In this document: in pieces, positions 1-9,378 of the stretch
Layout: every line of letters begins with the position of its first letter
Position numbering within the stretch: position 1 is the first letter of the stretch
From: Candidatus Heimdallarchaeum aukensis
Lineage (GTDB): Archaea; Asgardarchaeota; Heimdallarchaeia; Heimdallarchaeales; Heimdallarchaeaceae
Direction: 5' to 3'
Assembly (NCBI GenBank): GCA_021513695.1
Contig: CP084166.1
Coordinates: 480,001 to 544,000 of the forward strand
Length of the DNA: 64,000 bases
Translations under genes and position numbers: made by a program
Notes under the pieces: generated by a model
Databases searched by the model: none
What the model saw: only the letters and a program-made list of their open reading frames with translations
What the model was told of the DNA's origin: nothing

Positions 1-2
1 TA

Positions 3-503
3 TTGAAAGGATACTTTGCTATGTGGCTGTCACAGTATCTATCTTACAATTTTGGAAATAATGACCCTTGGAGCATTTGCTTTGCAGGTATTTTTGCTAT
101 ACTTGGACATAATTGGCCAATATGGTTATTAAGTCATGGTGGAAGAGGAGTAGCAACAACTCTTGGTAATTTGATGTTTTTCAATCCTATCTTCTTTTTA
201 ATATGGCTAGCAACGTTTTTCTTACTCAGTTTTCCTCTTATGTATTCAGCTATCGTTTACATCACTAGTTTTATAGTTATGGGAGTTATTCTATACTTCT
301 GGCCCTGGTATGTAAGTCCGATGGTAACAGAACTGAAAAACGACCCCAATCTAGGTTTTTTATCAATGATAATGCTTTTCGGTATAACTCTTGTTGTTCT
401 TTCGCGTCAAAAATCTAATTTCATGAAAATAAAGAATGGTGAAGCAAAAAGAATGAAATTATGGAAAATATTCCAAGGAAAGGCAGATGAAGCCTTAAAA
501 TAA
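3..503 (+). CDS. plsY: PlsY-like glycerol-3-phosphate acyltransferase (acyl-phosphate dependent); N-terminus cut by the window edge
   Basis: The ORF is open to the left edge. GHNWPIW...GGRGVATTLG matches the PlsY signature (GH-x-[FW]-P ... GGKGVAT). The profile is hydrophobic and multi-helix throughout. Confidence 0.7.
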   Translation: MKGYFAMWLSQYLSYNFGNNDPWSICFAGIFAILGHNWPIWLLSHGGRGVATTLGNLMFFNPIFFLIWLATFFLLSFPLMYSAIVYITSFIVMGVILYFWPWYVSPMVTELKNDPNLGFLSMIMLFGITLVVLSRQKSNFMKIKNGEAKRMKLWKIFQGKADEALK

Positions 504-541
504 ATTCTTTCTTTCTTTTTCTATCTTTTTAACAATTTTTT

Positions 542-1288
542 CTATTTTAGTTCTATTAATTCAGAGGATTCTATTTCTAGCGAAAGAGTCTCTTTTTCAT
601 TTTGTATCTTTAAAAGTCCATTATCCTCAATTCCTTCTACTGTATATTCTTGATTTTTGTAGATAATATTATTTTTGCACAATATATCATAAGAATTAAA
701 TTCCTTCAAGATTTCTTTAAGATTGTTTTTTAGAACCTTGATAATATAGTTTTTAATTTGCTTATGCAATTCTTTTGTTAATTTCTCATTATCTACTTTT
801 ATTTTCAAGGATTCATTTATTGAAATAGCTATAGAATTGACTGGAGAGTCTAAAGAAAGAACTTTGTTATTTGTATTTATTCCTATTCCAACGAGTAGAA
901 AATTACAATTTGTATCTTTCACTGTATCAATTAAAATTCCGCCTAACTTTCTTTTTTCTAGAATTATATCATTTGGCCATTTAATTTTAACAGGTATAGA
1001 CAGAATTGTTTCTATTGCTTTTCTTACTCCTAAAGCAATAGAATAATGAAGAAAAGCATATTGTTTTTGATTTATTTCTTCTTTTTTACAAAAAACAAAC
1101 GTTCCCCACCAACCTCCTTTTGGAGAAAACCATTTACTCTGTTTTCTTCCAATACTTGCAGATTGTTCCTCTGCTATTATTAACAAATCTTCATTTTTTG
1201 CTAATTCTAAATAAGACAAAGCTACATTTTGAGTGGAAGGAACAGATTGAAAATGAATGATTTTCAAGGAAAAGGATTCTTGAGCCAT
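542..1288 (-). CDS. birA: Biotin-[acetyl-CoA-carboxylase] ligase (biotin protein ligase, group I, no HTH)
   Basis: GRKQSKWFSPKGG matches the GRGRxWxSPxG biotinyl-AMP loop. KIKWPNDI and VGIGINTN are also present. Length is 248 aa. Confidence 0.8.
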   Translation of the reverse strand: MAQESFSLKIIHFQSVPSTQNVALSYLELAKNEDLLIIAEEQSASIGRKQSKWFSPKGGWWGTFVFCKKEEINQKQYAFLHYSIALGVRKAIETILSIPVKIKWPNDIILEKRKLGGILIDTVKDTNCNFLLVGIGINTNNKVLSLDSPVNSIAISINESLKIKVDNEKLTKELHKQIKNYIIKVLKNNLKEILKEFNSYDILCKNNIIYKNQEYTVEGIEDNGLLKIQNEKETLSLEIESSELIELK

Positions 1289-1401
1289 TATTTTCGTCGA
1301 AAAACACTTTTATTTAAACTTTTTTTTGTTTTATCAAGATAAAATTATTTAATCATAAAAACAAATTGGGTTTTTAAAAGACCTTTTTTTCTTTAAACTT
1401 A

Positions 1402-2976
1402 ATGGCTCGTATTACTCATATTGGACATGATAAAGGAATTTTGGAAGAAAAAAGACAAACAATACTTTCACTAAGAGAAAAGTCTCTAAAAGGTGGGGGA
1501 GAGGAAAAAATAGCCAGTCAACACAATAAAGGAAAGCTTACTGCGAGAGAGAGAATAGAATTATTGGTTGACGAAAATTCTTTTTGCGAAATAGATCAAA
1601 TAAGAAAATCTCAACATTCTGAATTAGAAATGGAAAAAATAGAAGGAGACGGTGTAGTAACAGGTTATGCAACTATTAATGGTAGACGAGTCTTTATTTA
1701 TAGTCAAGATTTTACCGTTTTGGGAGGAAGTTTAGGAAAAACTCACGCAAAAAAAATTTGTAAAGTTATGGATCTTGCTCTTCAGAGTGGGTGTCCTATA
1801 ATAGGGTTACTTGACTCTGGAGGAGCAAGAATTCAAGAAGGAATAGATTCTCTAGCTGGTTATGGTGAAATATTTTATAGAAATGTAATGAGTTCAGGGG
1901 TAATTCCCCAAGTTTCTATTATTTTGGGTCCTTGTGCTGGAGGAGCGGTCTATTCTCCTGCCCTAACTGATTTTATTATTATGAATCAAATTAATTCATT
2001 TATGTTTGTTACTGGCCCTCAAGTTGTTAAGACAGTTACCGGTGAAGATGTTTCATTCTATGATTTAGGAGGAAGTGAAGTACATAGTTCACTTAGCGGA
2101 GTAAGTCATTTAGTAGGAGAAGATGAAGAGGAAACGATAAATTTAGCTAAGAGACTCTTATCTTACCTTCCATCGAACAATTTAGATGACCCTCCACAAG
2201 AAATAGATGATATCGAAGAAAATGATCAAGATATTCTTTCTGATATTATTCCTGAGCAGGAAAATGAACCTTATGATATGAAAAAAGTAGTTGAAACAGT
2301 TTTAGACCAAGACAGTTTCTTTGAATTACAAGAAAATTGGGCAAAAAACATTATTGTTGGTTTCGGAAGATTAGAAGGTTTAACTGTCGGTATTATTGCA
2401 AACCAACCTTTATTTCTTGGAGGAGCTATAGAATATAATGCTGCGGATAAAGCAGCAAGATTTATTCGTTTTTGTGATTCATTTAACATCCCTATAATTA
2501 CTTTTGTTGATGTACCTGGTTTTATGCCAGGATTAAAACAAGAGGAAGAAGGAATAATTCGTCATGGAGCTAAAATGCTTTTTGCTTATTCAGAAGCTAC
2601 TGTCCCAAAACTTGCAGTAATAACAAGAAAAGCTTATGGAGGAGCTTATATTGTTATGAGCTCAAAGCATTTAGGAGCTGATATTAATTTTGCTTGGCCT
2701 ACAGCAGAAATAGCTGTCATGGGGGCAGAGGGAGCTTGTAATATTATTTATAGAAAAGAACTGAAAAAAGCTGAAAATCCAGAACAAGCTTTGCAAGATT
2801 TTGTTGTAAAATACAAAAAACAGTTCAGCAATCCTATTCGAGCAGCTGAGAAAGGATATGTTGACAAAGTTATTTTGCCTGAAGAAACAAGAATTGAACT
2901 TTCTAATGCCTTGAAATTTTTACAAAATAAAAGGATAGATACCCCGAAAAGAAAACACGGGAATATTCCACTTTAA
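1402..2976 (+). CDS. pccB: Acyl-CoA carboxylase carboxyltransferase subunit (PccB/AccD5 type)
   Basis: 524 aa. Motifs seen: LDSGGARIQEG, GPCAGGAVYSPAL, DVPGFMPG, HGAKMLFAY, AYGGAYIVM. It has the two-halved crotonase-like carboxyltransferase layout. Confidence 0.9.
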   Translation: MARITHIGHDKGILEEKRQTILSLREKSLKGGGEEKIASQHNKGKLTARERIELLVDENSFCEIDQIRKSQHSELEMEKIEGDGVVTGYATINGRRVFIYSQDFTVLGGSLGKTHAKKICKVMDLALQSGCPIIGLLDSGGARIQEGIDSLAGYGEIFYRNVMSSGVIPQVSIILGPCAGGAVYSPALTDFIIMNQINSFMFVTGPQVVKTVTGEDVSFYDLGGSEVHSSLSGVSHLVGEDEEETINLAKRLLSYLPSNNLDDPPQEIDDIEENDQDILSDIIPEQENEPYDMKKVVETVLDQDSFFELQENWAKNIIVGFGRLEGLTVGIIANQPLFLGGAIEYNAADKAARFIRFCDSFNIPIITFVDVPGFMPGLKQEEEGIIRHGAKMLFAYSEATVPKLAVITRKAYGGAYIVMSSKHLGADINFAWPTAEIAVMGAEGACNIIYRKELKKAENPEQALQDFVVKYKKQFSNPIRAAEKGYVDKVILPEETRIELSNALKFLQNKRIDTPKRKHGNIPL

Positions 2977-2997
2977 AATTATTAAGAGGAGAATTTT

Positions 2998-5900
2998 ATG
3001 AAAACTCTAAAAGAACTAAAAAATGAACTACAAATTAAATATCCAATTTTTGGATATAATCCTATCGGACTTGCTGATCCCACGTTAGCTATTGAAATCT
3101 CCAAACTTGGAGGAGTGGGATTAATTAACACTATTGGACTTGAACAAGAAGAACTAACTAAGATTCTTGATCAATGCGAACTTAATCTACCCACACAACT
3201 ATGGGGAATAAGGATTAACGATCTTTCTCACATTAAATGGATTAATCATGAACGAAGTATTCCAATCGTTATCCTACCGGAGAAACCTACAAGATTACAA
3301 CTGGATAAACTGCGTAAAATAAGTAAATTTATTGTCGCTGAAGTTTTATTTGTTGAAGAAGCAAAAAGTCATCTTGAATGGTCAGATTTCTTTTTAGTTA
3401 AAGGTATTGAAGCAGGAGGAAAAGTTGGTACAAAAGCTTCTTTTATTCAGATTCAAGAGTTTTATGAAACTGGATGGCCTTTTATCATTCAAGGAGGAAT
3501 GGGTGCTTTTAATATTAGTTCTGCTCTAATAGGAGGAGCAATAGGAGTAGTTTTTGAGGGACAATTATATCAATTTCCTGAATGTCCTCTTTCTGAAGAA
3601 GCGAAAAAGTATCTTGCTTCTTTAGGTGAAAATGATTCTTTCATTATCAATGAAAGTGGTAAAGAAGGTTACAGAATTTCTGGAAAACTAGCTAACAAAG
3701 CAATTAGAGAAATAAAACAACTAGAAGAAGAATCAAGTGAGGAAAAAATACTTGATAGAATTACTGAATTTGAAAAACCTCACGATCAATTTGGTTTTAA
3801 GAGTCAGAACATTAAACACGCATTTTTACCACTAGGTAACGATGTTTTCTTCTCCACATTCTTCAAGAAAAGATTTGGAAATTTAACAAATTTTGTGGAG
3901 CAAGCTCTTAAGATAGCTGATGAACAAATACAGATTGCTCTAAGAAATTGGCCTTTTGCAAAAGGTTCTACTTTATCCAACTTTCTAGGTACAAAATATC
4001 CTATTATTCAAGGCCCTATGGCTAATGTTTCTGATAATGTAGACTTTGCTATTAATGTAGCGAAAAATGGAGCTCTTCCTTTCTTAGCTTTGGGTGGATT
4101 ACTAAAAGAAGAAACTGAGGAGCTTTTTGATAAAGTTAGAGAAAGTGAACTTGTAAAATATTCCTATGGTTGTGGGATTATAGGTTTAGAAGCAGTTAAA
4201 CAAAGGAGAGAAGAGCACCTTTCTTTAATGAGAGATCTTAAACCTCCCTTTGCTTTGATTGCTGCTGGAACAGTTAATTTAGCTAAACAAGTACAAGAAA
4301 TGGGTTTTAAGACTTTATTACACACTCCCGCTCTATCAATGTTTAAAGATTCTATCAAAAATGGAATAGATTTACAAATTTTAGAAGGGAGTGAATGTGG
4401 AGGACATATTGGACTTCTTTCATCTTTTATTTTATGGGAAAGTATTTTGGAATTTTTAGATGAAAATAGAGAACAGATAGAAAAACCTTTGAAAATAGCT
4501 TTTGCAGGAGGGATATCTGACGGCACTAGTTCTGCGATGCTAGCAGTTATGATTGCTAAACATCTAGATATTATAGAATCAGCAATACAGATGGGTACAT
4601 CCTACTTATTTACTGAAGAGATTCTAGAAACAAAGGCTTTAACTGGATTTTATCAAGAACTTCTTCTTAATTCTAACTACACCAGAATTATAGGCTCAAC
4701 AGTAAATACTCGAGCACGAGCTGCTCCTTCACCTTTTGTAGATCAAACAATTAAAAGAGAAAGAGAGAGAATTAGACAAAAAATACCAATAAAAGAAAGA
4801 AAAGAACTTTACGAGAAAGATAATCTAGGAGCTTTAAGAATTGCAGCTAAAGCTGAAAAATGGAATAACGATCATGTTCCTGGTACTGCAACTACACAGT
4901 TTATAAAAATCGATGAAGAGGAACAGAAAAACTTTGGTTGCTTTATGGCTGGAGAAGTAATAGCAAAGAAACGTAGTATTTACAAGATAGATGACCTACA
5001 CTATGATATTTCAGTAATTGGAAAAGAAATCTTAGAAAAGCAATCAACTTCTATTGCTGATTATTTACTTTCAAAAGAAAAACTAGAAGCTTATGTTTCT
5101 AAAGAACAAAGTCCTCTAGTTATAGATAGTACTAATAAAATTGCTATAGTAGGAATAGGTAGTTTCTTCCCTGATGCTCCAAACACAGAAAAATTCTGGG
5201 AAAATATTGTTAACAAACATTATGCTGTAACTGAAGTACCTATTGAAAGATGGGATCCTAAATATTATTATGACGAAGATCGAACCGCTCCAGACAAGAC
5301 TTATACCAAAATTGGAGCGTTTGTAAAAGAATTTAAATTTAAACCTATTCAATTCAAGATTCCTCCTAAAGTAGCTGAAAAGATGGATGAAGTTCAGAAA
5401 TGGTCATTAATTGCTGCAAAAGAAGCTTTAGAAGATGCTGGAATACCCACAGATGGCAAGAAACGCCTACCTATAGGAGTAATTGTAGGCAATGCTTTAG
5501 GTGGAGAAAATCAGAGAATTACTAACAGGAGATTACACTATCCAGAAATTGAAGAACAACTAAAAATTTTATTAAGCTCAAAATTGTCTGATGAGGAAGT
5601 AGAAAAGTTTGTTTCTTCTTTCAAGAAAGAATATCTCAGTAAATACGCAGAGATTACAGAGGATACTATGCCTGGAGAATTATCTAATGTTGTTGCGGGA
5701 AGAATAGCCAATATATTCAATTTATCTGGTAAATCAATGACAACAGATGCTGCATGTGCTTCTTCTCTTGCTGCTCTGGACATTGCGGTAAAAAGTTTGT
5801 TGAATAACGATTTTGATACTATTCTTGTTGGCGGAGCAGATAGATCTATGGATGTTTCTTCTTATGTTAAATTCAGTAAGATCGGTGCTCTTTCTGCAAC

Positions 5901-7518
5901 TGGTTCTCGACCTTTTGATTCCAAGGCAGACGGTTTTGTAATGGGAGAAGGATGTGGTTTTCTTGTCTTGAAGAAATTGAAAAAAGCTATTGAAGACAAT
6001 GACAAAATTTATGCCATAATTGATTCTGTTGGTTCTTCCTCTGATGGTAAAGGAAAAGGAATTACTGCTCCTAATCCTTTAGGACAAAAAGAAGCTATTG
6101 AAAGAGCTCTTGAACAAGCTAAAGTTTCTCCTTCTGAGATAGATTTAATTGAAGCACATGGAACTTCCACCATAGTAGGAGATAAAACAGAAGTTCAAGT
6201 TTTAAATGAGATTTTCACAGAAAAACAAAAAGAAAGAAAAAGGAAAATAGCTCTTGGTTCAATTAAAAGCCAAATTGGTCATTTAAAGAGCGCAGCAGGT
6301 ATAGCTTCTGTTATAAAAGTAGCTTTAGCTCTTGACAAGAAAATTCTTCCACCAACGATAAATGTTCAAGAACTTAATCCTGCGATTGATTGGAATAATT
6401 CTAATCTTTTTGTTAATCTTGATGCTCAACCATGGGAAAAGGTTGATAACTCTATCAGAAGAGCAGGAGTTTCTGCTTTTGGTTTTGGAGGAACAAATTA
6501 TCATACAATCTTGGAAGAATATATTCCAGAAGCACAGTACATAGAAAAAGAAAAGCAACCAATAGTTGAACTAAAAGAACAAAAAGAAGAAGTTTGCTTC
6601 CTTTATACTGGACAAGGAAGTCAATATTTAGGCATGATAAAGGAACTTTATGATAATTATCCAACTGTTAGAAAAACAATAGATGAAGCTTCAGTTATTG
6701 CTAAAGAGAGTTTAAATGCTGATTTGCGTGAAATAATTTTTGGTTCACCTCAACTTTCCAAAGTTGAAAATGAGGAAAGATTAAGACAAACAGAATACAC
6801 TCAACCTTCTCTCTTTGTAGTCGAAGTTGCTTTAACTAGATTATTGAAAGAAAAAGGAATTGAGCCTACAAGAGTAGCTGGACATAGTTTAGGAGAATAT
6901 ACTGCTTTAGTTGCTGCGGGAGTGTTCTCTTTTGAAGATGGATTAAAAGCTGTAATAGAAAGAGGAAAAGCGATGGCAAAAGCTTCTAAAAGTATCCCTG
7001 GAGCAATGGCAGCTATTCTTACATCTCAAGAAAAAGTTAAGGAAATTATAGAAAAGGTAAATGAAGGTTATATAACAGTAGCCAATTATAACTCATTAAA
7101 CCAAACAGTGATTTCGGGAGAAGAAAAAGCTGTAAACAAAGCTATAGAACTTTTCTCTGCAAGAAAAATAAAAGCAATAAAATTAAATGTTTCAACAGCT
7201 TTTCATTCTATTATTGTTAAAGATGCAGAAATAGAAATGGAGAGAGTGCTTAACAGCCTGACTTACAATAAACCTTCAATTCCTGTCTATTCAAATGTAA
7301 CGGGAAGTTTGTACCCTGACAAACCCTCTAAAATTAAAGAACTTCTAATTAATCAGCTCTGTAATTCTGTTCAATGGGTTAAGATTTCAGAAATGGTCAT
7401 TAATTGCTGCAAAAGAAGCTTTAGAAGATGCTGGAATACCCACAGATGGCAAGAAACGCCTACCTATAGGAGTAATTGTAGGCAATGCTTTAGGTGGAGA
7501 AAATCAGAGAATTACTAA
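2998..7518 (+). CDS. Type I PUFA-synthase/PKS-like megasynthase, part 1 (ER-like, ER, KS, AT); 3' end is an out-of-frame read into a tandem duplication
   Basis: ATG 2998 lies 5 nt after a GAGGAGA SD. aa 14-245 form an NMO/FabK-like barrel with KGIEAGGKVG, where a Lys codon (3421-3423) sits where His is usual. aa 332-665 form a PfaD/FabK-type enoyl reductase (YPIIQGPMANVS, LEGSECGGHIG, His codon 4405-4407). aa 714-1170 form a ketosynthase (IAIVGIGSFFPDAP, TTDAACASS with Cys codon 5755-5757, EAHGTST, SQIGHLKSAAG). This is followed by a malonyl/acyl transferase (FLYTGQGSQY, GHSLGEY with Ser codon 6886-6888, AFHS). The last ~44 codons (from 7386) are frame-shifted KS sequence. Confidence 0.85.
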   Translation: MKTLKELKNELQIKYPIFGYNPIGLADPTLAIEISKLGGVGLINTIGLEQEELTKILDQCELNLPTQLWGIRINDLSHIKWINHERSIPIVILPEKPTRLQLDKLRKISKFIVAEVLFVEEAKSHLEWSDFFLVKGIEAGGKVGTKASFIQIQEFYETGWPFIIQGGMGAFNISSALIGGAIGVVFEGQLYQFPECPLSEEAKKYLASLGENDSFIINESGKEGYRISGKLANKAIREIKQLEEESSEEKILDRITEFEKPHDQFGFKSQNIKHAFLPLGNDVFFSTFFKKRFGNLTNFVEQALKIADEQIQIALRNWPFAKGSTLSNFLGTKYPIIQGPMANVSDNVDFAINVAKNGALPFLALGGLLKEETEELFDKVRESELVKYSYGCGIIGLEAVKQRREEHLSLMRDLKPPFALIAAGTVNLAKQVQEMGFKTLLHTPALSMFKDSIKNGIDLQILEGSECGGHIGLLSSFILWESILEFLDENREQIEKPLKIAFAGGISDGTSSAMLAVMIAKHLDIIESAIQMGTSYLFTEEILETKALTGFYQELLLNSNYTRIIGSTVNTRARAAPSPFVDQTIKRERERIRQKIPIKERKELYEKDNLGALRIAAKAEKWNNDHVPGTATTQFIKIDEEEQKNFGCFMAGEVIAKKRSIYKIDDLHYDISVIGKEILEKQSTSIADYLLSKEKLEAYVSKEQSPLVIDSTNKIAIVGIGSFFPDAPNTEKFWENIVNKHYAVTEVPIERWDPKYYYDEDRTAPDKTYTKIGAFVKEFKFKPIQFKIPPKVAEKMDEVQKWSLIAAKEALEDAGIPTDGKKRLPIGVIVGNALGGENQRITNRRLHYPEIEEQLKILLSSKLSDEEVEKFVSSFKKEYLSKYAEITEDTMPGELSNVVAGRIANIFNLSGKSMTTDAACASSLAALDIAVKSLLNNDFDTILVGGADRSMDVSSYVKFSKIGALSATGSRPFDSKADGFVMGEGCGFLVLKKLKKAIEDNDKIYAIIDSVGSSSDGKGKGITAPNPLGQKEAIERALEQAKVSPSEIDLIEAHGTSTIVGDKTEVQVLNEIFTEKQKERKRKIALGSIKSQIGHLKSAAGIASVIKVALALDKKILPPTINVQELNPAIDWNNSNLFVNLDAQPWEKVDNSIRRAGVSAFGFGGTNYHTILEEYIPEAQYIEKEKQPIVELKEQKEEVCFLYTGQGSQYLGMIKELYDNYPTVRKTIDEASVIAKESLNADLREIIFGSPQLSKVENEERLRQTEYTQPSLFVVEVALTRLLKEKGIEPTRVAGHSLGEYTALVAAGVFSFEDGLKAVIERGKAMAKASKSIPGAMAAILTSQEKVKEIIEKVNEGYITVANYNSLNQTVISGEEKAVNKAIELFSARKIKAIKLNVSTAFHSIIVKDAEIEMERVLNSLTYNKPSIPVYSNVTGSLYPDKPSKIKELLINQLCNSVQWVKISEMVINCCKRSFRRCWNTHRWQETPTYRSNCRQCFRWRKSENY

Positions 7519-9378
7519 CAGGAGATTACACTATCCAGAAATTGAAGAACAACTAAAAATTTTATTAAGCTCAAAATTGTCTGATGAGGAAGTAGAAAAG
7601 TTTGTTTCTTCTTTCAAGAAAGAATATCTCAGTAAATACGCAGAGATTACAGAGGATACTATGCCTGGAGAATTATCTAATGTTGTTGCGGGAAGAATAG
7701 CCAATATATTCAATTTATCTGGTAAATCAATGACAACAGATGCTGCATGTGCTTCTTCTCTTGCTGCTCTGGACATTGCGGTAAAAAGTTTGTTGAATAA
7801 CGATTTTGATACTATTCTTGTTGGCGGAGCAGATAGATCTATGGATGTTTCTTCTTATGTTAAATTCAGTAAGATCGGTGCTCTTTCTGCAACTGGTTCT
7901 CGACCTTTTGATTCCAAGGCAGACGGTTTTGTAATGGGAGAAGGATGTGGTTTTCTTGTCTTGAAGAAATTGAAAAAAGCTATTGAAGACAATGACAAAA
8001 TTTATGCCATAATTGATTCTGTTGGTTCTTCCTCTGATGGTAAAGGAAAAGGAATTACTGCTCCTAATCCTTTAGGACAAAAAGAAGCTATTGAAAGAGC
8101 TCTTGAACAAGCTAAAGTTTCTCCTTCTGAGATAGATTTAATTGAAGCACATGGAACTTCCACCATAGTAGGAGATAAAACAGAAGTTCAAGTTTTAAAT
8201 GAGATTTTCACAGAAAAACAAAAAGAAAGAAAAAGGAAAATAGCTCTTGGTTCAATTAAAAGCCAAATTGGTCATTTAAAGAGCGCAGCAGGTATAGCTT
8301 CTGTTATAAAAGTAGCTTTAGCTCTTGACAAGAAAATTCTTCCACCAACGATAAATGTTCAAGAACTTAATCCTGCGATTGATTGGAATAATTCTAATCT
8401 TTTTGTTAATCTTGATGCTCAACCATGGGAAAAGGTTGATAACTCTATCAGAAGAGCAGGAGTTTCTGCTTTTGGTTTTGGAGGAACAAATTATCATACA
8501 ATCTTGGAAGAATATATTCCAGAAGCACAGTACATAGAAAAAGAAAAGCAACCAATAGTTGAACTAAAAGAACAAAAAGAAGAAGTTTGCTTCCTTTATA
8601 CTGGACAAGGAAGTCAATATTTAGGCATGATAAAGGAACTTTATGATAATTATCCAACTGTTAGAAAAACAATAGATGAAGCTTCAGTTATTGCTAAAGA
8701 GAGTTTAAATGCTGATTTGCGTGAAATAATTTTTGGTTCACCTCAACTTTCCAAAGTTGAAAATGAGGAAAGATTAAGACAAACAGAATACACTCAACCT
8801 TCTCTCTTTGTAGTCGAAGTTGCTTTAACTAGATTATTGAAAGAAAAAGGAATTGAGCCTACAAGAGTAGCTGGACATAGTTTAGGAGAATATACTGCTT
8901 TAGTTGCTGCGGGAGTGTTCTCTTTTGAAGATGGATTAAAAGCTGTAATAGAAAGAGGAAAAGCGATGGCAAAAGCTTCTAAAAGTATCCCTGGAGCAAT
9001 GGCAGCTATTCTTACATCTCAAGAAAAAGTTAAGGAAATTATAGAAAAGGTAAATGAAGGTTATATAACAGTAGCCAATTATAACTCATTAAACCAAACA
9101 GTGATTTCGGGAGAAGAAAAAGCTGTAAACAAAGCTATAGAACTTTTCTCTGCAAGAAAAATAAAAGCAATAAAATTAAATGTTTCAACAGCTTTTCATT
9201 CTATTATTGTTAAAGATGCAGAAATAGAAATGGAGAGAGTGCTTAACAGCCTGACTTACAATAAACCTTCAATTCCTGTCTATTCAAATGTAACGGGAAG
9301 TTTGTACCCTGACAAACCCTCTAAAATTAAAGAACTTCTAATTAATCAGCTCTGTAATTCTGTTCAATGGGTTAAGAT
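5393..9378. repeat. Head-to-tail tandem duplication, 2 x 1,993 bp (copy 1 5393-7385, copy 2 7386-9378), inside the synthase KS-AT region
   Basis: All shadow ORFs recur at an offset of exactly 1,993 with identical translations (5538-5783 vs 7531-7776; 6325-6558 vs 8318-8551; 6362-6544 vs 8355-8537; 6455-6664 vs 8448-8657). About 600 aa of the main frame are identical between copies. The junction reads gttaagat|ttcagaaatgg. 1,993 is not a multiple of 3. Confidence 0.95.

Noticed and set aside
7577-7579. TTG at 7577 as the genuine start of an independent second synthase protein.
   Set aside because: It lies inside the KS domain, about 150 aa after the KS begins, and has no SD. The frame is simply the KS frame of duplication copy 2. 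Collapsing the duplication gives one in-frame 3,515-aa ORF.
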